This document shows positions 10,511 to 20,218 of a stretch of DNA of 64,000 nucleotides, piece after piece (position 1 is the first letter of the stretch; each line of letters opens with the position of its first letter). The translations under genes were made by a program, and so were the position numbers. Origin of the DNA: Planctomycetota bacterium (GTDB lineage Bacteria > Planctomycetota > Planctomycetia > Pirellulales > UBA1268); NCBI GenBank assembly GCA_018970785.1, contig JAGWVR010000006.1, forward strand, positions 1,022-65,021, written 5' to 3'. The notes beneath the pieces were generated by a model. The model ran no database searches. It saw nothing but the letters and a program-made list of their open reading frames with translations, and was not told the DNA's origin.

Positions 10511-12097
10511 ATGAGCATGTCCGACGCCACCGGCCCGACCGGGTTCGGGGCCACGCCCACCGACGAGATCGGCACGGCTGCCGCGCGGCTGGCACGCGAG
10601 GCCCTCGCGACGGCCGTGGCCGGTGCCGCGCCGCCGGTTCACGGAGCGGCCACGCCGCCGGCGCCGACCATTCCCACCCCGATCGCAGGCCAGCCGGTCG
10701 CCCCCGTGCTGCGGCCCGGGCCCGTGACCCCCCGGCCTCCAGGGCACGGCGGCACGACCGACTGGACGGGGCTCCGGCGCTTCGTCGGCGAGGTCCGCGG
10801 CCTCGACCACCGGCGCGCCGCCGAGCTCCCCGTGTGGCGCGGCGCCGGGCCGATCGGCCGTTCGCCGGTGGAGGCGGGGTTCGGCGCGGCGTTCGACGTC
10901 GAACGCGTGCGGCACGATTTCCCGATCCTCGGTGCGCGGATCCACGGTCATCCGCTGGTCTGGCTCGACAACGCCGCCACCACCCACAAGCCGCAGGCGG
11001 TGATCGACGCCCTCGCGCGGTTCTATGCCACCGACTATTCCAACATCCACCGGGGAGCCCACACGCTCGCCGCCCGGGCCACCGAGGCCTACGAATCGGC
11101 CCGTGCGACCGTGGCGACGTTCCTCGGTGCGGCAACGCCGGACGAGATCCTCTTCGTCCGCGGCTGCACCGAGGGGATCAATCTCGTCGCCAACGTCCTC
11201 GCCCCCCGGCTGCACCCCGGCGACGAGATCGTGGTGATGGAGCTCGAGCACCACGCCAACATCGTCCCCTGGCAGATGGTCGCCGAGCGCACCGGTGCCG
11301 TCCTCCGTGTCGCCCCGATCGACGACCGCGGCGAGGTGATCGTCGAGGCCTACGCGCGGCTCCTCGGCCCGCGGACGCGGCTGGTGGCGATGTCGCACGC
11401 CTCCAACAGCCTTGGCACGATCCTCCCGGTGGAGGTGCTGACGGGGCTGGCGCGGGCCCACGGGGCGCTGGTGCTGGTCGACGGTGCCCAGAGCGTGTCG
11501 CATTTCCCCGTCGACGTCCGCCGGATCGGCTGCGACTTCTACGTCTTCTCAGGCCACAAGATCTTCGGGCCCACCGGCATCGGCGCCGTCTACGCCCGCG
11601 GCGACCTGCTCGCCACGCTGCCCCCCTGGCAGGGCGGCGGCAACATGATCCGCGACGTCTCCTTCGCGCGGACGACGTATGCCGATCCGCCGGCCCGGTT
11701 CGAGGCGGGCACGCCGAGCATCGCCGACGCAGTCGGCCTGGCCGCGGCGCTCGACTACGTCACGGGACTGGGGCGCGAGCGGATCGCCGCCTACGAGCAC
11801 GGCCTCCTCCACCACGCCACGCGCCGCCTCGAGGCGATCGACAAAGTGCGCCTGGTGGGGACCGCGCGGGACAAGGTCGGCGTGCTGTCGTTCGTGCTCG
11901 ACGGCCACGATCCGGTCGCGATCGGGAGGCGGCTCGACCGCGCCGGCATCGCCGTCCGGGCCGGCCACCACTGCGCCCAGCCTTCGCTGCGTCACTTCGG
12001 GCTCGAGGCCACCGTGCGGCCGTCGCTGGCCTTCTACAACACCCCTGCCGAGATCGACCGGCTCGCCGACGTCGTCGCCGGGATCGCCGCCGGCTGA
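10511..12097 (+). CDS. SufS-type (class II) cysteine desulfurase with ~125-aa Pro/Ala-rich N-terminal extension (encapsulin cargo)
   Basis: WLDNAATTHKP, SNIHRGAH, EHHANIVPWQ, DGAQ, FSGHKIFGPTG (PLP Lys), RAGHHCAQP (catalytic Cys); immediately downstream of the encapsulin gene. Confidence 0.92.
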   Translation: MSMSDATGPTGFGATPTDEIGTAAARLAREALATAVAGAAPPVHGAATPPAPTIPTPIAGQPVAPVLRPGPVTPRPPGHGGTTDWTGLRRFVGEVRGLDHRRAAELPVWRGAGPIGRSPVEAGFGAAFDVERVRHDFPILGARIHGHPLVWLDNAATTHKPQAVIDALARFYATDYSNIHRGAHTLAARATEAYESARATVATFLGAATPDEILFVRGCTEGINLVANVLAPRLHPGDEIVVMELEHHANIVPWQMVAERTGAVLRVAPIDDRGEVIVEAYARLLGPRTRLVAMSHASNSLGTILPVEVLTGLARAHGALVLVDGAQSVSHFPVDVRRIGCDFYVFSGHKIFGPTGIGAVYARGDLLATLPPWQGGGNMIRDVSFARTTYADPPARFEAGTPSIADAVGLAAALDYVTGLGRERIAAYEHGLLHHATRRLEAIDKVRLVGTARDKVGVLSFVLDGHDPVAIGRRLDRAGIAVRAGHHCAQPSLRHFGLEATVRPSLAFYNTPAEIDRLADVVAGIAAG

Positions 12098-13947
12098 GCG
12101 CCCGGCCCGCCGAGGGGCGGAGCGGGAGCGAGCGCGGCCGCCGGCCGGGGCACGGTGGCCGTGGGTGCGGTCGCCCGGGCACCGTACGGCCAGATCAACG
12201 GCGCCAGAGCCACCGTGACCGCCATCACGAGGAGGTTGAGCGGTCCGCCGAAGCGCAGGTAGTCGGAAAACCGGTAGCCGCCCGGGCCATAGATCATGAG
12301 GTTGGTCTGGTAGCCCATCGGCGTCGCGAAGCCGCAGCTGGCGGCGACCGTGATCGCCATCACGAACGGCAGCGGATTGACGCCGAGGTCCGCCGCCGCC
12401 TGCCAGGCGATCGGGAACACGAGCACCGCCGCGGCGTTGTTGCTCATCAGCTCGGTGAACAGCATCGCCACGAGGTAGACGGCCGCCAGCACGGCGGTCG
12501 GATTCGATCCGGCGGCCGCGATCGTTCCCTGCGCCAGTGCCGCGGCCACGCCGGTCTTCTCCAGCGCCCGGGCGAGACCGAAGCTGGCGGCGATCAGCAG
12601 CAGCGATTCCCACTCGATCGCCCGCCGCGCCTCGCCGGCGGAGATGCAGCGCGTGGCGATCACGACGCCGGCGGCGACCAGCGCGGCGGCGACCATCGGC
12701 ACCAGATCGGTGGCGGCGGCGAGGACCATCGCCACCAGCACGCCCCCGGCGATCCAGGCGCGGTCGTGCCGCGGGGGCTGGGCGCCGGCGATCTCGCTGA
12801 CGAGGTAGAAATGACGCCGCGAGCGTTGGCGCTCGAGGAATCCGGGGCTCGCCTCGAGGAGGAGCGTGTCGCCCGGCTCGAGGACGATGTCGCCGAGCTT
12901 CCCCTGGAGCCGCTCGCCGTTGCGGGCCACGGCGATCACCACCGCGTCGTAGGCGGTGCGGAAACGGCCGTCGCGGATCGACAGACCGACGACCGGGCAG
13001 GCCGGCGAGACGACCGCCTCCACAAGCACGCGCTCGCTGCGCGGCCCGTCGAGCTGGAACACCTGGTCGGTGGCGGGGCGCAGGCCGCGGATCTTCTGCA
13101 GCTCGACGACGCTGTCGATCACGCCGACGAACACCAACCGGTCGCCGGCCTCGAGGCGTTCGCTGGGGGCGACCGCGGCGAGCACGTGGCCGGCCCGGTC
13201 GATCTCCATGAGGAACAGGCCGTCGAGGCCGCGGAGCCCCGCCTCCTCGATCGTCCGCCCCACCAGCGCGCTGGCGGGATCGACCTCCATCTCGACCGAA
13301 TACTGGCGCGGGTCGTCGGCCTCGCTGATCGCCGGGCGCCGGTCGACGAGGAGGTGCCGGCTGGCGACGAGCAGGTAGACGAATCCCGCCGCCAGCAGCG
13401 GCACGCCGAGCCAGGAGATGTCGAACATCCCCATCGGCTCCCCGGTCTTGGCCTTGAGCAGGCCGCTGACGACGACGTTGGTGCTCGTGCCGATCAGCGT
13501 GCACAGACCGCCGAGGACGACCGCGGCGTTCATCGGCATCAGCAGCTTCGACACACTGAGCCGGTGCTTGGCGGCCCAGGTGCGGATCGCCGGCACCATC
13601 AGGGCGACGACGGGGGTGTTGTTCATGAACGCCGACACCAGCGCCGGCCCGGCCATCGTGCGGAACTGCGCCGCTTCGAGCGACTTCGGCCTGCCGAGCA
13701 CCCGGTCGACGACCAGCGCCAGGGCGCCGGTGCGCTCGACCGCCGCGGCCACCACGAACAGCGCCGCGACGGTGATCATCCCCTCGTTGGCCATGCCCTT
13801 GAGGGCCTCGTCGGGGGTGAGGACCCCGGCGGCGAGGAGCACCACCACGCCGCCGATCATCGCCATGTCGGGGGCGCGCTGTGCCGACGAGAGCAGCACC
13901 AGCGTGACGATGACGACCGCCGCGGTGAGGAGGCTCTGCCAATCCAC
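12034..13947 (-). CDS. SLC13/DASS family anion permease with TrkA-C domains (possible sulfate permease)
   Basis: SAFMNNTPVV, LGGLCTLIGTSTNVVV, two TrkA-C-like repeats, TELMSNNAAA, FATPMGYQTNLMIYGPGGY; GTG start estimated. Confidence 0.88.
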   Translation of the reverse strand: MDWQSLLTAAVVIVTLVLLSSAQRAPDMAMIGGVVVLLAAGVLTPDEALKGMANEGMITVAALFVVAAAVERTGALALVVDRVLGRPKSLEAAQFRTMAGPALVSAFMNNTPVVALMVPAIRTWAAKHRLSVSKLLMPMNAAVVLGGLCTLIGTSTNVVVSGLLKAKTGEPMGMFDISWLGVPLLAAGFVYLLVASRHLLVDRRPAISEADDPRQYSVEMEVDPASALVGRTIEEAGLRGLDGLFLMEIDRAGHVLAAVAPSERLEAGDRLVFVGVIDSVVELQKIRGLRPATDQVFQLDGPRSERVLVEAVVSPACPVVGLSIRDGRFRTAYDAVVIAVARNGERLQGKLGDIVLEPGDTLLLEASPGFLERQRSRRHFYLVSEIAGAQPPRHDRAWIAGGVLVAMVLAAATDLVPMVAAALVAAGVVIATRCISAGEARRAIEWESLLLIAASFGLARALEKTGVAAALAQGTIAAAGSNPTAVLAAVYLVAMLFTELMSNNAAAVLVFPIAWQAAADLGVNPLPFVMAITVAASCGFATPMGYQTNLMIYGPGGYRFSDYLRFGGPLNLLVMAVTVALAPLIWPYGARATAPTATVPRPAAALAPAPPLGGPGAQPAAIPATTSASRSISAGVL

Positions 13948-14158
13948 GATCGTGAGTCCGCCCGTCGATGAAAGCGTGCCGCTCGGGGCCGGGGGTCGGC
14001 GACGTGTGCCGATTCCGCCACGGGGGCGATGCGGAGGTTTTCCCGTCCCGGGCGGCCCCGGTGCAAGGGCAACCATCACCCCGGTCGGCGATTGGCGGAG
14101 CCGACGCGGGCCATGGTACCCTGCCGCTCCGATTCACCATTCCCGGGGGGAGGCACCG

Positions 14159-14803
14159 ATGGCCCGCTCGACGATCGATCAGCTGCTCGACGGCAACGCC
14201 GGCTTCGTCACGGAGGAGTGGGCCCCCAACGCCGAGTACTACAAGTCGATCGCCGCCCGGCAGACGCCGAAAGTCCTGTGGATCGGCTGCTCCGACTCGC
14301 GCGTCAGCGAGCATCAGATGACCGGCTCGAAGCCGGGCACGATGTTCGTCCACCGCAACGTCGCCAACATCGTCGCCTTCAACGACGTCAACATCTCGGC
14401 GATCCTCGAATACGGCGTCGTCCACCTCAAGATCGAGGACATCATCGTCTGCGGCCACACCCGCTGCGGCGGCATCGCCGCGATCGAGGACGGGGTCCAC
14501 GAGAATTACATCGCCGACTGGCTGTGCATCGCGACCGGCGCCAAGGAGGCCGCCGACCGGATCGCCAAAGAGCGGAAGCTGTCGCGCGAGGAGAAGTTGG
14601 CGGTACTCACGGAGGAGAACGTCAAGCTCCAGATCAAGCACCTGCGGAACCTCGCCCTGATCAAGAACATGCACGCCAAGGGGAGCCTGCCGCGGATCCA
14701 CGGCTGGCTGTACCGGGTGGAGAGCGGCACGATCGACGTCCTCGTCGACGGCCAGGGTGCCGTGAAGCCGGCCGCGAAGAAGCCGGCGAAGGGGCGGCGG
14801 TAG
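14159..14803 (+). CDS. can: Beta-class carbonic anhydrase
   Basis: WIGCSDSRV, FVHRNVAN, CGHTRCGG zinc ligands. Confidence 0.9.
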   Translation: MARSTIDQLLDGNAGFVTEEWAPNAEYYKSIAARQTPKVLWIGCSDSRVSEHQMTGSKPGTMFVHRNVANIVAFNDVNISAILEYGVVHLKIEDIIVCGHTRCGGIAAIEDGVHENYIADWLCIATGAKEAADRIAKERKLSREEKLAVLTEENVKLQIKHLRNLALIKNMHAKGSLPRIHGWLYRVESGTIDVLVDGQGAVKPAAKKPAKGRR

Positions 14804-14812
14804 CAGGCGACC

Positions 14813-15433
14813 ATGACCAGCCGCAGCGACACGGCGCGCGAGCGCTTCAGCGACTATTACGCCCTCCCCACCGCACCGTGGGACATCGGCCGGCCGCAAC
14901 ACGCCTTCGTCGCCGCCGGCGACCGGATCGGCGGCCGGATCCTCGACTGCGGCTGCGGGAGCGGCGACCTGGCGATCTGGCTCGCGGCGCGCGGCCACGC
15001 CGTGACCGGCGTCGATTTCCTCGCGGCGCCGCTCGCGGCTGCGCGCGACAAGGCGCGCCGCGCGGGTGTCGAGGTGACCTTCCTGGAGATGGATGCCCTG
15101 GCCGTCGGCGAGATCCCCGCGCGGTTCGATGCCGTCACCGACTCGGGGTTGTTCCATTCGTTCGACGACGCGGCCCGCGCCCGCTACGTCGCGGCGTTGC
15201 GCCGGCTGCTCGAGCCGGGGGCGCGGGTCTTCATCCTCTCGATGTCACCGGCCGAGCCGGGCGAGCAGGGACCGCGGCGCGTGTCGGAGGAGGAGATCCG
15301 CGCGGCGTTCGCCGACGGGTTCACCGTCGAGTCGATCGAGCCGGCCCGGTTCGAAGTCGTGCCGGGGATCGCCGGCGCCGAGTTCTCCCCCGGCGGTGCC
15401 CACGCCCTGTTCACCACGCTGCGGCGGGCCTGA
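14813..15433 (+). CDS. Class I SAM-dependent methyltransferase
   Basis: PWDIGRPQ, ILDCGCGSG, GVDF, DSGLFH. Confidence 0.85.
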   Translation: MTSRSDTARERFSDYYALPTAPWDIGRPQHAFVAAGDRIGGRILDCGCGSGDLAIWLAARGHAVTGVDFLAAPLAAARDKARRAGVEVTFLEMDALAVGEIPARFDAVTDSGLFHSFDDAARARYVAALRRLLEPGARVFILSMSPAEPGEQGPRRVSEEEIRAAFADGFTVESIEPARFEVVPGIAGAEFSPGGAHALFTTLRRA

Positions 15434-15515
15434 GCCGGACGGCGCCTGGTCCGGCGGCGCCGCGCGGAGTAGAAATCGGTGCGGGCCGGGAGGGCGCGGC
15501 CGCGGAGGGTGGCTG

Positions 15516-16457
15516 ATGGCACGCGTTCGCAACGGCGGCCCGGGGGCGTCGGGCTTCCTGTGGCTCGTGGTCGTGGGACTGGCGCTGGTCGCCCCGACCG
15601 CCCCCGCGGTGGTCATCCAGACGACCACCGGCACCGGCAACACCACCGCCCCGGCCGACGACCCGGGCTGGTCGGCCGTCGGCGCCCGGGGGATCGGCAC
15701 CGGCGTCTACGTCGGCGGTGGCTGGGTCCTCACCGCGGCCCACGTCTGGTCGGGGCCGATCACCCTCTCGGGCAGCACCTACTTCGCCGTCCCCGGCTCC
15801 GAGGTCCGCCTCACCAACGCCGGCCTGCCGGGGATGTCGGCGGACACCGATCTGATGATGTACCGGCTCACGGTCGTTCCCTCCGGCATCGCCGCCCCGC
15901 GGATCGCCGCGGCGACGCCGGCGGTGGGGGCGGCGGTGACGATGATCGGCGCGGGGCGCGACCGGCAACCGGGGCTCACGGAGTGGAGCGTGAACACGGC
16001 GGCATCGCCGTGGACATGGACCGAGGTCGCCTCGGGGGGCGACGCCGCCGGCTACAAGGCGAACATGGCCGCCCGCTCGATGCGCTGGGGCACCAACACG
16101 CTCTCCGGGACCGGGGCGTGGATCTCCTACGGCTACGGTGACGTGAAGACGGTGGTGACGACGTTCGACCTCCTGCCGGGCAGCTCCGAGGCTCAGGCGA
16201 GCTACGGCGATTCCGGTGGCGGCGTATTCACGAAGAACGGTGCCGATTGGGAACTGGCGGGGCTGATGCTCACCGTCGACGGCTACTCCGGCCAGCCCGA
16301 CGCCGGGGCCAATGCCGTGTTCGGCAACGTGACCTTCTCCGCCGATCTCGCGCTCTACCGCCCGCAGATCATGGCGATCGTCCCCGAGCCGTCGGCGCTC
16401 CTGCTGGCCGGGATCGGCGCGGGCTGGCTGCTCCTGCGCAGCCGCCGCCGGCGCTGA
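15516..16457 (+). CDS. Secreted trypsin-like serine protease with PEP-CTERM sorting signal
   Basis: Signal peptide; WVLTAAHV (His), DTDL (Asp), GDSGGG (Ser); C-terminus VPEPSALLLAGIGAGWLLLRSRRRR. Confidence 0.85.
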   Translation: MARVRNGGPGASGFLWLVVVGLALVAPTAPAVVIQTTTGTGNTTAPADDPGWSAVGARGIGTGVYVGGGWVLTAAHVWSGPITLSGSTYFAVPGSEVRLTNAGLPGMSADTDLMMYRLTVVPSGIAAPRIAAATPAVGAAVTMIGAGRDRQPGLTEWSVNTAASPWTWTEVASGGDAAGYKANMAARSMRWGTNTLSGTGAWISYGYGDVKTVVTTFDLLPGSSEAQASYGDSGGGVFTKNGADWELAGLMLTVDGYSGQPDAGANAVFGNVTFSADLALYRPQIMAIVPEPSALLLAGIGAGWLLLRSRRRR

Positions 16458-16532
16458 GAACGGGGGGTGGGGCGGCGACGGTCCATGGCCGGGTGGGACC
16501 GACGGAATGGTCAGCGTGGAGCGGGGCGCCCG

Positions 16533-17432
16533 ATGCGGCTCTATCCCTGTGATCGCTATCCGCTGCCGTTGCCCGAAGGGCACCGCTTCCCGCTGGTGAA
16601 ATACCGGCGGCTGCGCGAGCGGCTCGAGGCCCACGCGGTTGCGGGCGCGGCTCTGGAGTTCATCGAGCCCCATGCGGCGACCGCCGACGAGCTGCTCCGC
16701 GTCCACGACCGCGGCTACGTCGGGCGCGTGCTGTCGGGCGGCCTGTCGGCGGCGGAGGTGCGCCGGATCGGGTTCCCCTGGAGCCCGGAACTGGTCGAGC
16801 GCTCGCTGCGCAGCACCGGCGCCGCCGTCGACGCCGCCGCGGCCGCGCTCGAGGACGGCGCGGCGGCGAGCCTCGCCGGTGGCACCCACCATGCCGGCAG
16901 CGACTTCGGCGAGGGGTATTGCGTGTTCAACGACACCGCCGTCGCCGCCCGCGAACTGCAGGCCCGCAACGCCGTCCGGCGCGTGCTGATCCTCGACTGC
17001 GACGTCCACCAGGGGAACGGCACGGCGCAGATCTTCGCCGCCGACCCGACGGTGTTCACGATGTCGATCCACGGCGCCCGCAACTTCCCGCTCCGCAAGC
17101 ACCCCGGGTCGCTCGACGTGCCGCTCGACGACGGCTGCGACGACGCCGGTTACCTGGCGGCGCTGGTGCCGGCGCTGGCGGAGTCGATCGACCGGGCGCG
17201 TGCCGACCTGGTGCTCTACATCGCCGGTGCCGATCCCTACGCCGGCGACCGGCTGGGGCGGCTGGCGCTGTCCAAGGAAGGCCTCCTCGCCCGCGACCGG
17301 GCGGTCCTGGCGGCCACGCGCGGCGCCGGCCTGCCGGTGGCGATCGTCTGCGGCGGCGGCTACTGCGCCGACGTCGACGAGATCGTCGACATCCACGCCG
17401 CGACGATGCTCCTCGCCGCCGGCTGGGGCTGA
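16533..17432 (+). CDS. Histone deacetylase family protein
   Basis: HRFPLVKY, GGTHHA, GYCVFND, LDCDVHQGNGT, GADPYAGDRLG, GGGY. Confidence 0.92.
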   Translation: MRLYPCDRYPLPLPEGHRFPLVKYRRLRERLEAHAVAGAALEFIEPHAATADELLRVHDRGYVGRVLSGGLSAAEVRRIGFPWSPELVERSLRSTGAAVDAAAAALEDGAAASLAGGTHHAGSDFGEGYCVFNDTAVAARELQARNAVRRVLILDCDVHQGNGTAQIFAADPTVFTMSIHGARNFPLRKHPGSLDVPLDDGCDDAGYLAALVPALAESIDRARADLVLYIAGADPYAGDRLGRLALSKEGLLARDRAVLAATRGAGLPVAIVCGGGYCADVDEIVDIHAATMLLAAGWG

Positions 17433-17462
17433 CGGGTGTCGCGGCGGCACGGGAGCCGGCGC

Positions 17463-20126
17463 TCAGCCGCCGTCGCGCTCCCCGGCTTCCTCCGCGTCGT
17501 CGTCCTCCTCGAGGCCCGTGAACACGAACGCCGCGCGGCGCGGCGGCGGCATCGGCGAATCGGCGCCGCGGACGCTCTTCCACACGATCTCGTTGAGGAG
17601 CAGGTCGTCGGCGGCGTCCTCCCGCGAAAAATCCATCGCCAGCGAGGCCTCGGCGCCCCACGCGGAGGCGACGTTGCGCTCGTCGAGGGGCACGCCCGCC
17701 GGCCGGCAGGCGTAGGGGGCGGGGTCAGCCGTCTTCGCGAACGACCGGACCATCGGCAGCGCCGCGGCGTCGAACTGCGACATCGGCTCGAGGCCGAGGA
17801 TCAGCCCGATCGAGCGGAGCATCGAGCTGGTCGAGTAGAGCGTCGAATCGACCGCCCCGCGCCGCGCCCACGGGCTGATCATGAAGGCGATCGTGCGGTG
17901 GGCGTCGACGTGGTCGGAGCCGTTCTGGGCGTCGTCCTCGACGACGAAGATCGCCGTCGTCGGCCAATAGCGCGACCGGCTCACCGCCTCGACGATCCGC
18001 CCGAAGGCGAGGTCGTTCTCCGCCATGAACGCCGTCGGCGTGAGCTTGCCGGGGCTCGCCCCGCTCGTGTGGTCGTTGGGGAGGCGGACGATCTGCAGCC
18101 GCGGCATCTCCCCGTCGCGCTCGAAGCGCGCCAGTTCGGCGATGAACCGGTCGGCACGCTTGAGATCGGAGTAGTCCTGGTCGAAGCTGCGGTAGCCCGG
18201 GTCGAAGCGCCCCTCGAGCGCCGGCACCTTGGCGGTGCAGGGGGCGTCGGGTGTCGGGCCGTTGGCGACCCATTCACCGTAGCTGCGGAACGAGACCCCG
18301 GCGGCGATCGCCCGGTCCCAGATGTAGCCCCCCGCCGGCCGCGCGGCGGCGAAGTTCCCCTCGCTGGGATAGGGGAACTTCTTGGCGCGGTTGTGGCCGT
18401 AGGAGAGCGGCCAGTTGCGCTCGACGAAATCGGTGGCGTAGGCCCCCATGCTCCATTCGTGGCCGTCGGCGCTGACCTCGCTCTCGACGTAGAAGTTGTC
18501 GAGGAGGACGAACTCCCGGGCCAGGGCGTGGTGGTTTGGGGTGACACGCTCGGGAAACAGGCACAGCGTCGGGTCGCCGTGCCCCTCGGGCATGTCGCCG
18601 AGGACCTGGTCGTAGGTCCGGTTCTCCTTCACCACGTAGATCACGTGGGTGATCGGGCTCTTCCGTCCGGGGGTGAGCGGGATCGGGTGGCCGTCGAGCT
18701 CATCGGCGGTGAACACGTCGTCGGCCGCCGGCGGCCGGCAGGCGAAGGCGCGCTGCGTCCACTCCGCGAGCCGGGCCCGGCCCGCCTCGTCGTCGGCGGG
18801 CAGGTCGATGAACGACACCGTCCCCTCGAACAGCCCGCCGATGTAGTCGGGGGTCGGCGCGTCGCGGTCGTAGCCGGGGCGCGGGCCGTTGCGGTTGGAG
18901 TCGGAGATCACCCCCTTGCCGTTGGCGACCAGCAGCGTGCGGCCGTCGGCGGTGACGCGGACGCAGGTCGGATACCAGCCGACGGGGATGAACCCCAGGC
19001 TCCGCGAGCGCCCCGGTTCGGCGACGTCCCACACCGAGAGGGCGTTGATCGTGGCGTTGGAGACGTAGAGCCGCGCGCCGTCGGGGGAGAGGGCGAGGGA
19101 GTTGGGGGTGTTGCCCGGCGGCGCGTCGGGCGACAGCGTGGCGACGAGCGTCTCGGTGACCGCGAGCGTGTCGGGGTCGATCACCGACACGCTGTTGCGG
19201 TTGGCGTTGGCGACGAACAGGCGCTCGCCGTCGGGGGTGAGGAGCATCTCGTTGGGGTGCTCCTCGACCTCGACCCGGCCGACGACGCGCGGCGCGTCGG
19301 GTGTGGAGATGTCGAGAACCGCGACGGCGGCCTGGGCCCACAGCGAGACGTAGAGCCGCCGCCGCGCGTTGTCGACGACGCAGGTCCAGGGATGGGGGGC
19401 GTCGGCGATCACGCGCTCGAGCAGCGCGTCGGCGCGCTTGGTGATCGACGGGTCGTCGGTCGTCGGCCGTGGCACCGGCGCCGGCGCCGGCGCCACGGCG
19501 CCGAGGAGCAGCTCGGGATGGACGACGGCGGCATGGTCGGCCGTGGCCGGCGAGACGACCGAGACGGTGTGGCCCCAGACGTTGGCGGCGTAGAGGTGGC
19601 CGCCGGGGCCGAGGGCGATCCCGCAGGGGATGCCGCGGACCGTCGGCTCGCGCAGCGCCACCGCTCCGGCCGGCACGAGCACGCCGGCCTCGAAGCGGAA
19701 GGCGAGGATCGTCTCCGCCGACCCTCCCGAGACGTACAGCCGCGCCCCGCCGTCGGTGAACGCCAGCCCCTGGAACGCGTCGTCGAGCCGCGTCCGTGAC
19801 AGGATCCGCCGCGTACCGATGTCGAGGACCGCCAGCTCGTGGGGCCCGTAGCCGCAGTGGAGGACGACGGCGTGGCGGCCGTCGGGGTGGAGGGCGATGT
19901 TGACCGGGAAGTCGCCGACCACGGTCTGCCGGCCGACCGGCCGCAGCGACCACTGGTTGGGGAGGACGACCGAGCCGTCGGGCTGCGGGCCGGGCGTGCG
20001 CCGGCCCGGATGGGGGGCGGTTTCGGGAGCGGTGGTGCCGCTGGGCTGCCAGGCGTTGGCCGGGTGCATTGCGGCCAAGCCGCTGCCGATGATCGCCGCC
20101 GCCAGGATCGTGCGCGCGTGGTGCAT
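17463..20126 (-). CDS. Secreted YncE-type beta-propeller / phosphoesterase (alkaline-phosphatase-like) fusion
   Basis: Signal peptide, YVTN-like propeller repeats, IPVGWYP, HVIYVVKENRTYDQVLGD, SADGH, LPNDHT, EDDAQNGSDHVDAHRT. Confidence 0.85.
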   Translation of the reverse strand: MHHARTILAAAIIGSGLAAMHPANAWQPSGTTAPETAPHPGRRTPGPQPDGSVVLPNQWSLRPVGRQTVVGDFPVNIALHPDGRHAVVLHCGYGPHELAVLDIGTRRILSRTRLDDAFQGLAFTDGGARLYVSGGSAETILAFRFEAGVLVPAGAVALREPTVRGIPCGIALGPGGHLYAANVWGHTVSVVSPATADHAAVVHPELLLGAVAPAPAPVPRPTTDDPSITKRADALLERVIADAPHPWTCVVDNARRRLYVSLWAQAAVAVLDISTPDAPRVVGRVEVEEHPNEMLLTPDGERLFVANANRNSVSVIDPDTLAVTETLVATLSPDAPPGNTPNSLALSPDGARLYVSNATINALSVWDVAEPGRSRSLGFIPVGWYPTCVRVTADGRTLLVANGKGVISDSNRNGPRPGYDRDAPTPDYIGGLFEGTVSFIDLPADDEAGRARLAEWTQRAFACRPPAADDVFTADELDGHPIPLTPGRKSPITHVIYVVKENRTYDQVLGDMPEGHGDPTLCLFPERVTPNHHALAREFVLLDNFYVESEVSADGHEWSMGAYATDFVERNWPLSYGHNRAKKFPYPSEGNFAAARPAGGYIWDRAIAAGVSFRSYGEWVANGPTPDAPCTAKVPALEGRFDPGYRSFDQDYSDLKRADRFIAELARFERDGEMPRLQIVRLPNDHTSGASPGKLTPTAFMAENDLAFGRIVEAVSRSRYWPTTAIFVVEDDAQNGSDHVDAHRTIAFMISPWARRGAVDSTLYSTSSMLRSIGLILGLEPMSQFDAAALPMVRSFAKTADPAPYACRPAGVPLDERNVASAWGAEASLAMDFSREDAADDLLLNEIVWKSVRGADSPMPPPRRAAFVFTGLEEDDDAEEAGERDGG

Positions 20127-20218
20127 GCCGGGAACCTCCTCGGGGAGCACCGTTGTACTGCGGAGCCGGCGCCCGATCAGCCCGGCAGCGAAAAACTCGC
20201 TGCGGCCTCATCGGCCCT

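Noticed and set aside
14159-14803. Carbonic anhydrase as a COS/CS2 hydrolase supplying sulfide
   Set aside because: The motifs (CSDSRV, HRNVAN) look like ordinary Can-type beta-CA rather than the clade D enzymes; only proximity supports the idea.
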